From Candidatus Latescibacterota bacterium (GTDB lineage: Bacteria > Latescibacterota > UBA2968 > UBA8231), in assembly GCA_965217585.1 (NCBI GenBank), contig OZ244561.1, positions 2,400,001-2,464,000 on the forward strand: DNA of 64,000 nucleotides. Direction: 5' to 3'. Below the pieces are notes generated by a model. It searched no databases, was not told where the DNA came from, and saw only the letters and a program-made list of their open reading frames with translations. Positions within the stretch are counted from its first letter, which is position 1. Every line of letters starts with the position of its first letter. Shown here piece after piece: positions 8,934-18,337 of the stretch. The position numbers were made by a program, and so were the translations under genes.

Positions 8934-9575
8934 TTACTCGATGATCTCTGCCTTGGCGATATAGTCTAGGTTGGGAAAGTTTTCTTCGAGATAGGCTTTG
9001 CCGCGCCCGGCGATCTTTCCTTGGGAAGGCTGCTGGCCGTACTCGGCATTGATCGCATCGACCACCTCCATGCCTTCTACTACTTCGCCGAAGGGCGCAA
9101 ACCCCATGCCGTCGAGATTGGCGTTATCTCCTAGGTTGATAAAGAGCTGGGTCGTGCGCGTATTGGGCTGGTTGGTTTTGGCGTACGTGATCCGTCCGCG
9201 CGTATTACTCTGCTTGACGGGGTCGTCGAGGATATGGGCCCGATGCCAGGCCATGTTCAGCTCTGGATTGCCGCTCAGGCCCCACTGCACCACAAAGTTA
9301 GATACCACGCGGAAGAAGCGCTGCTCGTCGTAGAAACCGTTGCGGACCAAGTTGTAGAAGCGGTCGGCACCGCGCGGTGACCAATCGCGCGTCACTTGGA
9401 TGACCACCGGGCCGGCGCTGGTCTCTAAGCGCACTGAGAATTCGTCGGGTGCCTGCTCGTTTAAGGCTTCGCCTGCAGGATCCATTAAGATCTCCTTGAT
9501 TGCTTCCCCACCTTGGTCGCCGGTTCCACAGCCGAAAGCCCAAAGTGCGATGATTAGTAGTGTGATCCGCTTCAT
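8934..9575 (-). CDS. Cyclophilin-type peptidyl-prolyl isomerase, predicted lipoprotein
   Basis: GADRFYNLV, FFRVVSNFVVQWG, RTTQLFINL and FAPFGEVVEGM. Start MKRITLLIIALWAFGC carries a lipobox. Confidence 0.9.
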   Translation of the reverse strand: MKRITLLIIALWAFGCGTGDQGGEAIKEILMDPAGEALNEQAPDEFSVRLETSAGPVVIQVTRDWSPRGADRFYNLVRNGFYDEQRFFRVVSNFVVQWGLSGNPELNMAWHRAHILDDPVKQSNTRGRITYAKTNQPNTRTTQLFINLGDNANLDGMGFAPFGEVVEGMEVVDAINAEYGQQPSQGKIAGRGKAYLEENFPNLDYIAKAEIIE

Positions 9576-9613
9576 TTTTAATGCCTTTTGCTTGGTGTGT
9601 TTGTTGATCACCG

Positions 9614-11851
9614 CTACAGCCCTCTCACGGCTGCGACGAGCGCCTCGGTCGTAATGCCGAAGTGCGCCCACGTCTCTAGATGGCCTTCTGACGGGGCCGT
9701 CGTCGGGTCGGTAATGCCGATGTGCGCCGCCGGGATTCCCAAGTCGCTAGCGGCACCCGCCACTAGCCCAGCGAAACCGCGCACGCCGGCGTTGGCTGCG
9801 CCGATCAGGCCGTCTTCTATGGTTACCACGCCCTTGGGATAGCGACCCACTAGCTCTTCTAAAGCAGCGGCAGGTAGCGGCAGCCCGTTGATTATATGCG
9901 CATCCACCGCGCCTTCGAGTTGTTCGACCGCCTCGCCAGCGAGAAAAGCCGGCGCGCCAAAAGCCAAGATCGCCCGCTCGGCTCCGGAGTATGTGCGATA
10001 GACCGTCACCGGCTCCCAAGCGTCGCCCGGCTCCCACAGCGGCCCCAAGCCGTCTTGCTTTGCGAGGATGGGCAGGGAGTCACGCGGGATGCCGATGATG
10101 TGCCCTCCGTAGTGCGCCGCCATATCGCAGACGGCCAAAAACGCCGCCCGCGCATCGGCTGGCGCATAGAAGCGATGCAGATAGGGCAAATAGCTCAAGC
10201 CGACGTTGATCCACTCCAAGCCCCAACCCGAAAAGTGATCGCGCCCGGTGCAGGCCCCCACGTGCGAGACGTGGAAGGCGACGTTGAGGCCCTCGTTGAC
10301 GCCGGTGAGGTTGCGCTGATAACGCCAGACATCAAAGCCCTCGCGGGCGATGCCCTCGTAAAAGGCGGCAAACGTCGATACCACATTGAGCTGCGGACCC
10401 GACCCGCTCATCGCCAACCCATCGGTAATCAGACAAGCGGCTTGCTCCTCAATGCTCATCTCGAATTGGTGCTCGGCGGCCAAGAAACCGCGCGCCTTCG
10501 CCAGTTTGGTCGAGGGATCGAGGTCGCAGCTAACGACGAAGACGTCGTCGGGAAAATGCGCGGCCACCGCTGCGTACGCAGCCTCGGACCCGGCGCGCGG
10601 GCTTTCGCTAGTACCCACCGCGGGCAGGCTGACCTCTTCCTTGATGCTTTCGGGTAGGACCAAGTTGCGGCTGCCGGGGGCAGGCCTCGCTCGGGTTTCG
10701 ACTTGGCGCTTCTCGTCTTGGCGCAGCGTCGCTAGGGCTTGGGATGCCGCCGCTATTTTTTGGAACATGGGGTTGCTCAGCACTTGCGCGGCGTCGCGGC
10801 CCTTCATGTGGCCGTCGTGATGCCCTTCCCCGCCGGGTAGCTTGTTGACCAAGAAGATGCACTCGAGCATCGGCACTACGTCGCGGTAGCTCATCAGCGA
10901 GCCGGGGACCCAGATGCGGGTGCTGAGATCAACGCCGTGCTCGGCGGCAAACGTTGCGACCTCGGAACCGATGCCCAAGCGCTCGCCAAAGTCGCCGAGG
11001 TTCTCGTGCGTTCCCGTGGGATAGATCAGCGTCGGCTGACCCTGCTGCGCCAGTTTGTAGCCTTCGAGATAGGTTTCGTAGAGCGCCGCAGCGTCGTGCA
11101 GGGTCTCGATCTCGATGACTTCCACGCCCATCGCCGCGACAATCGGGCGCGGATCCTTGTCCATAATGCCCTCGGTAGCGCCCGAAAGCTGGATGCCGTT
11201 GCGGTGCATGACGAAGGTGATCGGCGCCCCGTGTACGGCTGCGCCGTTGAAGCCGTTGAGCGCTTGGCCCGAGATGTAGCCAGCGTCGCCACAGTGGCAG
11301 ATGACCCAGCTACCCTCGCCGAGCTTGGCTCGCTTGCCGAGGGCTTGGCCCACGGCCACCGGGATCATCACCCCCAAGCGCCCGCCGTTGAGTTGGGTGC
11401 CGCCTGGCAGCCAAGACACGTGCCCGGGAACGTCGAGCCCGCGGCGAAAACCCTCGACGACAATCTCCTCATCGACAAAGCCCAGCGCCGCCAATGCCGC
11501 GTAGTAGCCCACGGAGGTGTGGGCGTGTTCGATGGTGTATTCGATGCGCTCGTAGTCGGTGATCGCCAAGGTCAGCAACAGCGGCGGAATCAGCTCTAGA
11601 CCACCGCCGAGGTGATCCAGTTCGCCGAGCTTGGCCAGCGAGGCCAGCGAGCGAATCGCGACTTCGGCTGCTTCGATCTGCAAGCCCTCCAAGGCTGTGA
11701 TTTGCTCTTGGTGCAGCGCTTGTTGTTTGCCGATATCCACGGTGAGCGGCAAGACCTCGGAATGCACCTTCTCGCCTAGGTAGCGCACTCCGCCCAACAG
11801 CTCTTTGTTGCGCTGCCGCTGGCCTGCTTGCGCCGCTTCAATCCCCCGCAT
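9614..11851 (-). CDS. Divergent single-chain transketolase-like ThDP enzyme
   Basis: HLGGGL, GHVSW, GRLG..IPVAVGQALG, CGDAG...HRNGIQLSG (GDG-like ThDP motif), CDLDPST, MSIEEQ and STFAAF. RBS GGGGAG before ATG 11851. Confidence 0.75.
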   Translation of the reverse strand: MRGIEAAQAGQRQRNKELLGGVRYLGEKVHSEVLPLTVDIGKQQALHQEQITALEGLQIEAAEVAIRSLASLAKLGELDHLGGGLELIPPLLLTLAITDYERIEYTIEHAHTSVGYYAALAALGFVDEEIVVEGFRRGLDVPGHVSWLPGGTQLNGGRLGVMIPVAVGQALGKRAKLGEGSWVICHCGDAGYISGQALNGFNGAAVHGAPITFVMHRNGIQLSGATEGIMDKDPRPIVAAMGVEVIEIETLHDAAALYETYLEGYKLAQQGQPTLIYPTGTHENLGDFGERLGIGSEVATFAAEHGVDLSTRIWVPGSLMSYRDVVPMLECIFLVNKLPGGEGHHDGHMKGRDAAQVLSNPMFQKIAAASQALATLRQDEKRQVETRARPAPGSRNLVLPESIKEEVSLPAVGTSESPRAGSEAAYAAVAAHFPDDVFVVSCDLDPSTKLAKARGFLAAEHQFEMSIEEQAACLITDGLAMSGSGPQLNVVSTFAAFYEGIAREGFDVWRYQRNLTGVNEGLNVAFHVSHVGACTGRDHFSGWGLEWINVGLSYLPYLHRFYAPADARAAFLAVCDMAAHYGGHIIGIPRDSLPILAKQDGLGPLWEPGDAWEPVTVYRTYSGAERAILAFGAPAFLAGEAVEQLEGAVDAHIINGLPLPAAALEELVGRYPKGVVTIEDGLIGAANAGVRGFAGLVAGAASDLGIPAAHIGITDPTTAPSEGHLETWAHFGITTEALVAAVRGL

Positions 11852-11929
11852 GTAAAACTCCCCTAAGTGGGTATTTTCAGTTGAATAAAGAACCGTAAAA
11901 AGTATAAACCCAGCACCGAATGCGGGCAA

Positions 11930-12940
11930 TTAACGCGGCTTGAACTGCACTGCCAATTTCTCTGCCCACGTCTTGTTCGCGTCGATCGTGCGCCCGGCGT
12001 TGTGCGGCGTATGCACCACGTTATGCCGTCCCAGCAGCGGATCGTCTAGGGGCAGCGGCTCTTGGTCCCACACATCCGCCGCTAGGCTCAGTTCGTCGGC
12101 CATCACTCGTCGCCGGATTGCGTCGGTATCGCAGATTTTGGCTCTGGTCACCAGCACCACTAGACAGCCCTTGGGCAGCGCGTCGATGTGCCCAGCCTCG
12201 ACTAAGCCGCGCGTCGATTCCGTGAGTGGCACCATGGGCGCAAACACTTCGGCATCGGCGACTAGCTGCTCCAAATGGTATTCGCGGCGCGACCCGGCCC
12301 GGTGAAAGCATGGCTCCGTGGCAAACGGATCCCAAGCCGCTACATCGGCTCCCAGCATCGCGGCGAAGCTGGCATAGCGGCTGGCGATATTGCCGGCCCC
12401 GACGATCCGCACCCGCTTGCCGCACAGCGTACCACTGGCAAAGGCCGGGTCGTCGCCAAACTGGTGCCCGCGCGCCCCGGGCCGACCCTGGCCCCCGGGC
12501 GGCTCGTAGTTCCAAGGTGCTTGGCTTTGGATGATCTCGCGGTGCAACTGCGGAATCCGCCGCAGGCCGCACAGCGTCAAGGCCAACCCAAATTCCGCCA
12601 CGGTCTGCGACCAAAACCCCTCGCTCGGATGGTCGTAAACAGCGACGCCGGCCTCGGCTAGATACTCGTTACAGCCCCCGCCTAGCCGCCGGCCATAAGA
12701 CCCTTGAAAGGTCGCTTCCTGCAATCCGCTGAAACGCTGTAGGCACGTCAGGCTCACTGGCACCCCTAGCATAGCCAACCGCGTCACGCGGCTCGGATCC
12801 TCGGTCACCTCGCCCAAGGGCCGCTCGTCTCCGTGCACTAGGCGCACAAAGCCCGCTTCGGGCCACAGGGTGCGGAAGTGGTCGGCGGCAAAGGGCCAAA
12901 CCCCGTCAAAATCTGGATGAACGACGATCAAATCGCCCAT
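11930..12940 (-). CDS. D-isomer-specific 2-hydroxyacid dehydrogenase family protein
   Basis: IVGAGNIA, PLTESTRGLV, VTRA, ADVWDQEP and TPHNAG. Confidence 0.85.
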   Translation of the reverse strand: MGDLIVVHPDFDGVWPFAADHFRTLWPEAGFVRLVHGDERPLGEVTEDPSRVTRLAMLGVPVSLTCLQRFSGLQEATFQGSYGRRLGGGCNEYLAEAGVAVYDHPSEGFWSQTVAEFGLALTLCGLRRIPQLHREIIQSQAPWNYEPPGGQGRPGARGHQFGDDPAFASGTLCGKRVRIVGAGNIASRYASFAAMLGADVAAWDPFATEPCFHRAGSRREYHLEQLVADAEVFAPMVPLTESTRGLVEAGHIDALPKGCLVVLVTRAKICDTDAIRRRVMADELSLAADVWDQEPLPLDDPLLGRHNVVHTPHNAGRTIDANKTWAEKLAVQFKPR

Positions 12941-12941
12941 G

Positions 12942-13823
12942 TTATTCGTCCTCCTGACAAAAAAACGGCTGCGTCCAAGCAAAGGCCTCTCCGGCGCCCC
13001 AACACTCAAAGCGCACGTATCCCGCCTGTGCCGGCACTTCCACCTCAATTTCCCGCCCATCGGCCACGGCTATCCGCTTCGCGCCGGCGCGCAAGGCCAC
13101 GATCCGCGCCGCATTCTCCGTCTCAATCCAAATCCTGTTTCCCTCAACTTGGACCTGGTTGATCTCGACTCCCGTCGAGGCGTAAAACCGACCGGCGCGC
13201 AGGGCCTCCATCACGCCGCTGGCGGTCTCCTCCTCCACATAGGCCACATTCCACCCCAACCCCACATCGCCTTTCGCCGCGTGGCTGTCGTCGTTGGCAA
13301 ATCCCCACAGGCGTCTTCCCGCGCTCAGCAGCATGTCCCAGCGATTCGTCGCGTAGGGGCTGCCGTCCAAGCGGCTGATCACGCCGTTGTATATCTCCAA
13401 GCCCACATAGCCCTCACAGGCTTGCAAAAGCTCCTGCGGACAGTGGTTGAAGTTGCCGTGCCAGTTGGGATGGTTGAACAGGGCAAAACCACCGCCCGAT
13501 TCGTTGACCTCGTCAATTACTCGTTGCCGGTCCACATGCGGCGCGACCCACGTTGCGTCCCCCACGTGCAAAACGTGCGGGCCGTTGGCGGAAATCTCAT
13601 TGCCCGGCACCAAGATCATCCCTTGGGCGTCGTATTGCTCGTAGTCTGCCAAGGACGTATAGATGTCGTGATCAGTGATCGCCAAAAAGCCGTAGCCGCG
13701 GCCCGCGTAATCGTCGATTACCGCTTGGTGATCGCGTTCGCCGTCGCTGGCGGTCGTGTGCGTGTGCAGGTTGCCGACTAGCCAGCGTCCTCCGCTCAAA
13801 TTCTGATAGGGATGTTCGATCAT
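12942..13823 (-). CDS. PHP-domain (CehA/McbA-like) metallohydrolase
   Basis: GNLHTHTTASDG, AITDHD, NHPNW, LEIYN and DDSH. Confidence 0.85.
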   Translation of the reverse strand: MIEHPYQNLSGGRWLVGNLHTHTTASDGERDHQAVIDDYAGRGYGFLAITDHDIYTSLADYEQYDAQGMILVPGNEISANGPHVLHVGDATWVAPHVDRQRVIDEVNESGGGFALFNHPNWHGNFNHCPQELLQACEGYVGLEIYNGVISRLDGSPYATNRWDMLLSAGRRLWGFANDDSHAAKGDVGLGWNVAYVEEETASGVMEALRAGRFYASTGVEINQVQVEGNRIWIETENAARIVALRAGAKRIAVADGREIEVEVPAQAGYVRFECWGAGEAFAWTQPFFCQEDE

Positions 13824-13985
13824 CAGATTCTCCTCTGTTGGAAAGTGTCTCAAGATATGGGAGCACCCTGCGGGCGACAAGGGAAGAGTACCGCCGGGGC
13901 AGTGTTGACGCAAAAAGTAAGTGGCCCTTTAATACAGGCCCGTGAAGAAATAAACTTTAAGCACACATGATAGAATAGGTTCCCG

Positions 13986-15140
13986 ATGAAAATAACCGAC
14001 ATCCGCACCCTCTCGCTCTCGCGTGCCCACGAGCCTGAGCGCCAGTGGTACAGCGCCACTTTCCACGTGCCCAAGGCCGACTGCTCGATCTGCATCATCG
14101 AGACCGACGAGGGCTTGCAGGGTATCGCCGAGCCTTGCGCGTACGGTGTGCCGCCCGCCATCGCCGCTCGCATCGCCGAACTCAAGCCCAGTCTTATCGG
14201 CCGCGACCCCCGCGACGAGGACCTGACGCCGCACAACGAGGCGGTGCGCGCCAACGACATCGCCAACGCCGGCCTCAACTGCGCGCTGTGGGATTTGCGC
14301 GGCAAGATCGCCGGGAAACCCACTGCCGACCTGCTCTGCGCGCCGGGGCAAACTCCCCTGCGCCGCCTCCGCCTCTACGCTTCCTCGGGCGTGCGCTACG
14401 ACTGGGACGACCACCCCGAGTCCGTCGTCGAAGAGGCGATCGGCTACGCCGAAGAGGGCTTCACCGCCTACAAGATGCGCCTCGGCACCCACTGGGCTTG
14501 GTCGGGCATCACCGTTGATTGCTTTCTAAAAATAGCGCGCCAAGTTCACGAGGCCGTGGGTGCGCGCATGGACCTAGCCCTCGACGGCAATTGTCGTCTC
14601 TCAATGGAGGAGGCGCTGCCTATCGCCGAGGCGCTCGACGAGATGGGCTGGGCTTGGTTCGAGGAACCAGTTGAACGCGTGCCCGCGGACTACGCCCGGC
14701 TCAACGAGGCCGTCTCCATCCCCGTCACCGGCGGCGAGCCTTTTACTACTTGGGCTCAGTTCGAGCCCTTCATGGAGGCAGGGGGCTTCGGCATTGTCCA
14801 GCCCGACGCCGGCGTCTGCGGCATCGACCTCTGCATGGAGGTCGGCCACAAGGCTCACTTCGAGTACGGCGAAATACCTCTGATCCCGCACAACTGGCAC
14901 AACGGCCTGATGACAATGGCCAACGCCCACATGGTCGCGGCGCTACCTGTCCCGCGCCTAGTCGAGCTAAACATGTGGCAAGGGTCCCTACAGTGGGAGA
15001 TCCTGCGCGAGAAACCACTGATCGAAGACGGCCACTTGATTCTGCCCGACGCTCCAGGCTTCGGTGTCGAATTGGCCGACGATCTTGAGACTCGCTTTCC
15101 TTATATTGAAGGCTCTTGGGGCAATCCCGTCCAACGCTGA
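13986..15140 (+). CDS. Mandelate racemase/muconate lactonizing (enolase superfamily) protein
   Basis: IETDEG, ALWDLRGK, YKMR, DGN, WFEEP, GGE, VQPD, IPHNW and LPDAPGFGVEL. Confidence 0.9.
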   Translation: MKITDIRTLSLSRAHEPERQWYSATFHVPKADCSICIIETDEGLQGIAEPCAYGVPPAIAARIAELKPSLIGRDPRDEDLTPHNEAVRANDIANAGLNCALWDLRGKIAGKPTADLLCAPGQTPLRRLRLYASSGVRYDWDDHPESVVEEAIGYAEEGFTAYKMRLGTHWAWSGITVDCFLKIARQVHEAVGARMDLALDGNCRLSMEEALPIAEALDEMGWAWFEEPVERVPADYARLNEAVSIPVTGGEPFTTWAQFEPFMEAGGFGIVQPDAGVCGIDLCMEVGHKAHFEYGEIPLIPHNWHNGLMTMANAHMVAALPVPRLVELNMWQGSLQWEILREKPLIEDGHLILPDAPGFGVELADDLETRFPYIEGSWGNPVQR

Positions 15141-15146
15141 GGACTT

Positions 15147-15980
15147 ATGGTCACCGACCTCGAAAATTATCTCTTCGACCTGCGCGGCTACCTGCACTTA
15201 GAGGGGGCACTTACCGCCGACGAGGTCAAAGATCTCAACGATTGCCTCGACACCATCCCACCGCTAGAGCCGGGCGACTGGTATGGCCATGTCCACGCCC
15301 ATACCTATGGCACGATTGACGGCCTCAACTTGCAGCAAATCTACGAGGCGGGCGAACCTTTTGAGCGGATGATTGACCATCCCACTTGGATCGAGAAAGT
15401 GCAGCACTTCGTCGGCGGCGAAGGCACGTTCGACTACGCACACGGGCCGCTCTTTATCGACGAAAACTTTGCCAACTTTCGTCAGCCTGGGGAGGCTATC
15501 GGCCTGCACTCCGGCGGCTATCCGCCCATCATGCGCAACCAATTTCGCTACCACGGCGGACGCTACATGTGCGGTCAAATCAACATCCTCGTCGCGCTCA
15601 CGGACATCGGTCCGGGCGACGGCGGCACCATGCTGATCCCCGGCAGCCACAAGTCCAACTTTACGCACCCCGACTTAGACCGGCATCGCATGCGGCCCGA
15701 AGGCGCCACCGTCGAGGGCATCACCGGTGCGGTCGAGTGCCAAATGGCTAAGGGCGACGCCTTGCTCTTTGTCGATGGCCTCTCGCACGGCTCGGCCCGG
15801 CGCCAAAACGAGGGTACCCGCCGGATTTTCGTCTATCGCTACGGGCCATCCTGGGGCAACTTCCGCCACGGCTACCATCCCTCGGACGGGCTATTGGCGC
15901 GTCTGACGCCCGAGCGGCGGCAGATTGTCTGGCCGCAGAGGCCCCGTCCCCAAGGACCGCAAAAAAAGGCTATTGAGTAG
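15147..15980 (+). CDS. Phytanoyl-CoA dioxygenase (PhyH)-like Fe/2OG enzyme with HxG motif
   Basis: YLFDLRGY, LHSGG, DGGTMLIPGSHKS and KGDALLF...HG. Confidence 0.85.
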   Translation: MVTDLENYLFDLRGYLHLEGALTADEVKDLNDCLDTIPPLEPGDWYGHVHAHTYGTIDGLNLQQIYEAGEPFERMIDHPTWIEKVQHFVGGEGTFDYAHGPLFIDENFANFRQPGEAIGLHSGGYPPIMRNQFRYHGGRYMCGQINILVALTDIGPGDGGTMLIPGSHKSNFTHPDLDRHRMRPEGATVEGITGAVECQMAKGDALLFVDGLSHGSARRQNEGTRRIFVYRYGPSWGNFRHGYHPSDGLLARLTPERRQIVWPQRPRPQGPQKKAIE

Positions 15981-15985
15981 ATTCC

Positions 15986-16867
15986 ATGAAGGGCATCATT
16001 CTCGCCGGCGGCCAAGGCACGCGCCTTTACCCCTTGACCGTATCGGTCTCCAAGCAGATCCTGCCGATCTTCGACAAGCCAATGATCTACTACCCGCTCT
16101 CGGTGCTCATGCTGGCCGATATCCGCGAGATCCTCATCATCTCCAGCCCAGAGTACATCGACCTCTATCGCCAGCTCTTCGGCGACGGCGAGCGGCTGGG
16201 GCTGAGCATTGAATACGCGGTCCAAGACCGGCCCGAGGGCGTGGCCCACGCCTTTGTCGTGGGGGCCGATTTCGCCGGCCGAGACCCCTGTGCCTTGATA
16301 TTCGGCGACAACTTCCTCTATGGACACGGCCTGACTGCGATTCTACAGCGCGCCAGCCAACTACGGGAGGGGGGGTTGGCCTTCGCTTACTACGTGAGCG
16401 ATCCCACGCGCTACGGGGTCGTCGAATTCGACGCCGAGGGCAATGCCATCAGCATTGCAGAGAAGCCGCAAAACCCCAAGTCCAACTACGCGGTCATCGG
16501 CCTTTACTTTTACGACGGGGAGGTCGTTGACATCGTCCGCGGCCTCAAACCCTCGGCCCGCGGCGAACTAGAGATTACCGACGTCAACAACGAGTATCTG
16601 CGCCTCCAGCAACTCAAGGTCGAGGTGTTGGGACGGGGCTTTGCCTGGCTCGACACCGGCACGCACGAGAGTCTGCTAGAGGCCAGCAACTTCGTCCAAA
16701 CCATCGAGCACCGGCAGGGGCTCAAAGTGGGCTGCGTCGAGGAAATAGCGTACCGCAAGGGCTACATTGGCGAGGAACAGCTCCTCCGCATCGCCAATTA
16801 CTCCCAAGACAATGCGTATTGTCTCTATCTGAAGCACCTCGTCGAACAGTCCGGGCCGACGTTCTAA
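15986..16867 (+). CDS. rfbA: Glucose-1-phosphate thymidylyltransferase
   Basis: MKGIILAGGQGTRLYP, SKQILPIFDKPMIYYPLS, EKP, PSARGELEITDVN and AWLDTGTHESLLEA. Confidence 0.95.
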   Translation: MKGIILAGGQGTRLYPLTVSVSKQILPIFDKPMIYYPLSVLMLADIREILIISSPEYIDLYRQLFGDGERLGLSIEYAVQDRPEGVAHAFVVGADFAGRDPCALIFGDNFLYGHGLTAILQRASQLREGGLAFAYYVSDPTRYGVVEFDAEGNAISIAEKPQNPKSNYAVIGLYFYDGEVVDIVRGLKPSARGELEITDVNNEYLRLQQLKVEVLGRGFAWLDTGTHESLLEASNFVQTIEHRQGLKVGCVEEIAYRKGYIGEEQLLRIANYSQDNAYCLYLKHLVEQSGPTF

Positions 16868-16873
16868 CGCCTT

Positions 16874-16901
16874 TTGACTTATCGGCCCGCCGCCCTACCT
16901 T
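16874..16901 (+). promoter_or_regulatory. Possible sigma70 promoter for the oad operon
   Basis: TTGACT-N16-TACCTT, ending 33 bp upstream of oadG. Confidence 0.3.
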
Positions 16902-16934
16902 AATATTTTTCACTCCCTGCGCAGACACTTAGAC

Positions 16935-17186
16935 ATGAATCAACTCGCACTCGACAACCCAATCGCACAAGGGCTCGACCTAGCCTTCGTGGGCATGAGC
17001 ATCGTCTTCACCGCCCTAGTATTGGTCAGCGTTTTTATCGCCGTCTTGCCGAGAATCCTCGCCGCGATCAACCCCTATATTCCCCCAGCACAACTCCACA
17101 CGCAGAGCCAGGACAAGGAAACCGACGCAACCGCAATCGCCGCGGCCATCGGCTTCGCCCTGCACGCGCGCCGCCAAAACGACTAA
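16935..17186 (+). CDS. oadG: Na+-transporting decarboxylase gamma subunit
   Basis: GMSIVFTAL transmembrane segment, Pro-rich linker and AIAAAI..H tail. Lies directly upstream of the beta subunit. Confidence 0.85.
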   Translation: MNQLALDNPIAQGLDLAFVGMSIVFTALVLVSVFIAVLPRILAAINPYIPPAQLHTQSQDKETDATAIAAAIGFALHARRQND

Positions 17187-17192
17187 ACGGCC

Positions 17193-18320
17193 ATGGAGAT
17201 TCTCCTCGAATTCCTCACCACCACGGCCGTGGCCAACATGTCGGACGGCAACCTGTTGATGATCGTTATCGGCGCGGTCTTCATCTCTCTAGCCATCCGC
17301 AAAGACTACGAGCCGCTACTGCTTCTGCCCATCGGCTTCGGCTGCATCGTGGGTAATCTCCCGTCTATTTCCAGCATGGCCATCGGCGTGTACGACAAAG
17401 GCAGCGTGCTCTACTACATCTATTTTGGCGTCAGCCAGGGGATCTTCCCGCCGCTGATTTTTCTCGGCATCGGCGCGATGACCGACTTCTCGACCATGCT
17501 CTCCAGCCCTCGGCTGGTGCTGCTGGGGGCCGCGGCGCAGACGGGCATTTTCCTGACCTTGATCGGCGCGCTTTACCTGGGTTTTACTCCTACCGAGGCC
17601 GGGGCCATCGGCATCATCGGCGGGGCCGACGGGCCAACGGCGATCTTCCTCTCGGCCAAACTCGCTCCCCACCTGCTCGGGGCCATTGCCATCGCCGCGT
17701 ATTCCTACATGGCCCTCGTGCCGGTCATCCAGCCGCCGGTGATGAAACTTTTGACCACCCGTAAGGAGCGGCTGATTCGCATGAAGCCCCCGCGCGAGGT
17801 TTCGCAGCGCGAAAAGATCATCTTTCCCATCGCCGCCTTCCTCATCTGCGCGCTCCTCGCCCCGGGTGCGATTGGGCTGCTCGGCATGCTGTTCTTCGGC
17901 AATCTGCTCAAGGAAAGCGGCGTCACCGAGCGCTTGGCCCAGACCGCCCGCACCTCGATGGTCGATATCGTCACCATCCTCCTCGGGTTCTCAGTGGGCT
18001 GCTCGACCCAAGCCCAAACCTTTCTCACGCCGCAGTCGGTACTCATCTTCAGCCTCGGTGCCCTGTCCTTTGCAGTCGCCACGGCCAGCGGCGTGCTCTT
18101 CGCCAAGTTTTTGAACCTCTTCACCAAAGACAAAATAAACCCTCTCGTCGGCGCTGCCGGGGTCTCGGCGGTGCCCGACTCGGCCCGCGTGGTGCAGATG
18201 ATGGGCCAGCGCGAAGACCCCAATAACTACCTCCTGATGCACGCGATGGCCCCCAATGTCGCCGGGGTCATCGGCTCGGCGGTAGCTGCCGGCGTCTTGT
18301 GGGCCGTGCTGGTGGGATAG
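17193..18320 (+). CDS. oadB: Na+-transporting decarboxylase beta subunit
   Basis: YEPLLLLPIGFG, FPPLIFLGIGAMTDF, IGIIGGADGPTAIF, AYSYMALVP, AGVSAVP and NVAGVIGSA. Confidence 0.95.
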   Translation: MEILLEFLTTTAVANMSDGNLLMIVIGAVFISLAIRKDYEPLLLLPIGFGCIVGNLPSISSMAIGVYDKGSVLYYIYFGVSQGIFPPLIFLGIGAMTDFSTMLSSPRLVLLGAAAQTGIFLTLIGALYLGFTPTEAGAIGIIGGADGPTAIFLSAKLAPHLLGAIAIAAYSYMALVPVIQPPVMKLLTTRKERLIRMKPPREVSQREKIIFPIAAFLICALLAPGAIGLLGMLFFGNLLKESGVTERLAQTARTSMVDIVTILLGFSVGCSTQAQTFLTPQSVLIFSLGALSFAVATASGVLFAKFLNLFTKDKINPLVGAAGVSAVPDSARVVQMMGQREDPNNYLLMHAMAPNVAGVIGSAVAAGVLWAVLVG

Positions 18321-18337
18321 ACAACGAGGATGCGACC

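Noticed and set aside
15986-16867. rml/O-antigen cluster
   Set aside because: rmlB, rmlC and rmlD are absent from the window.
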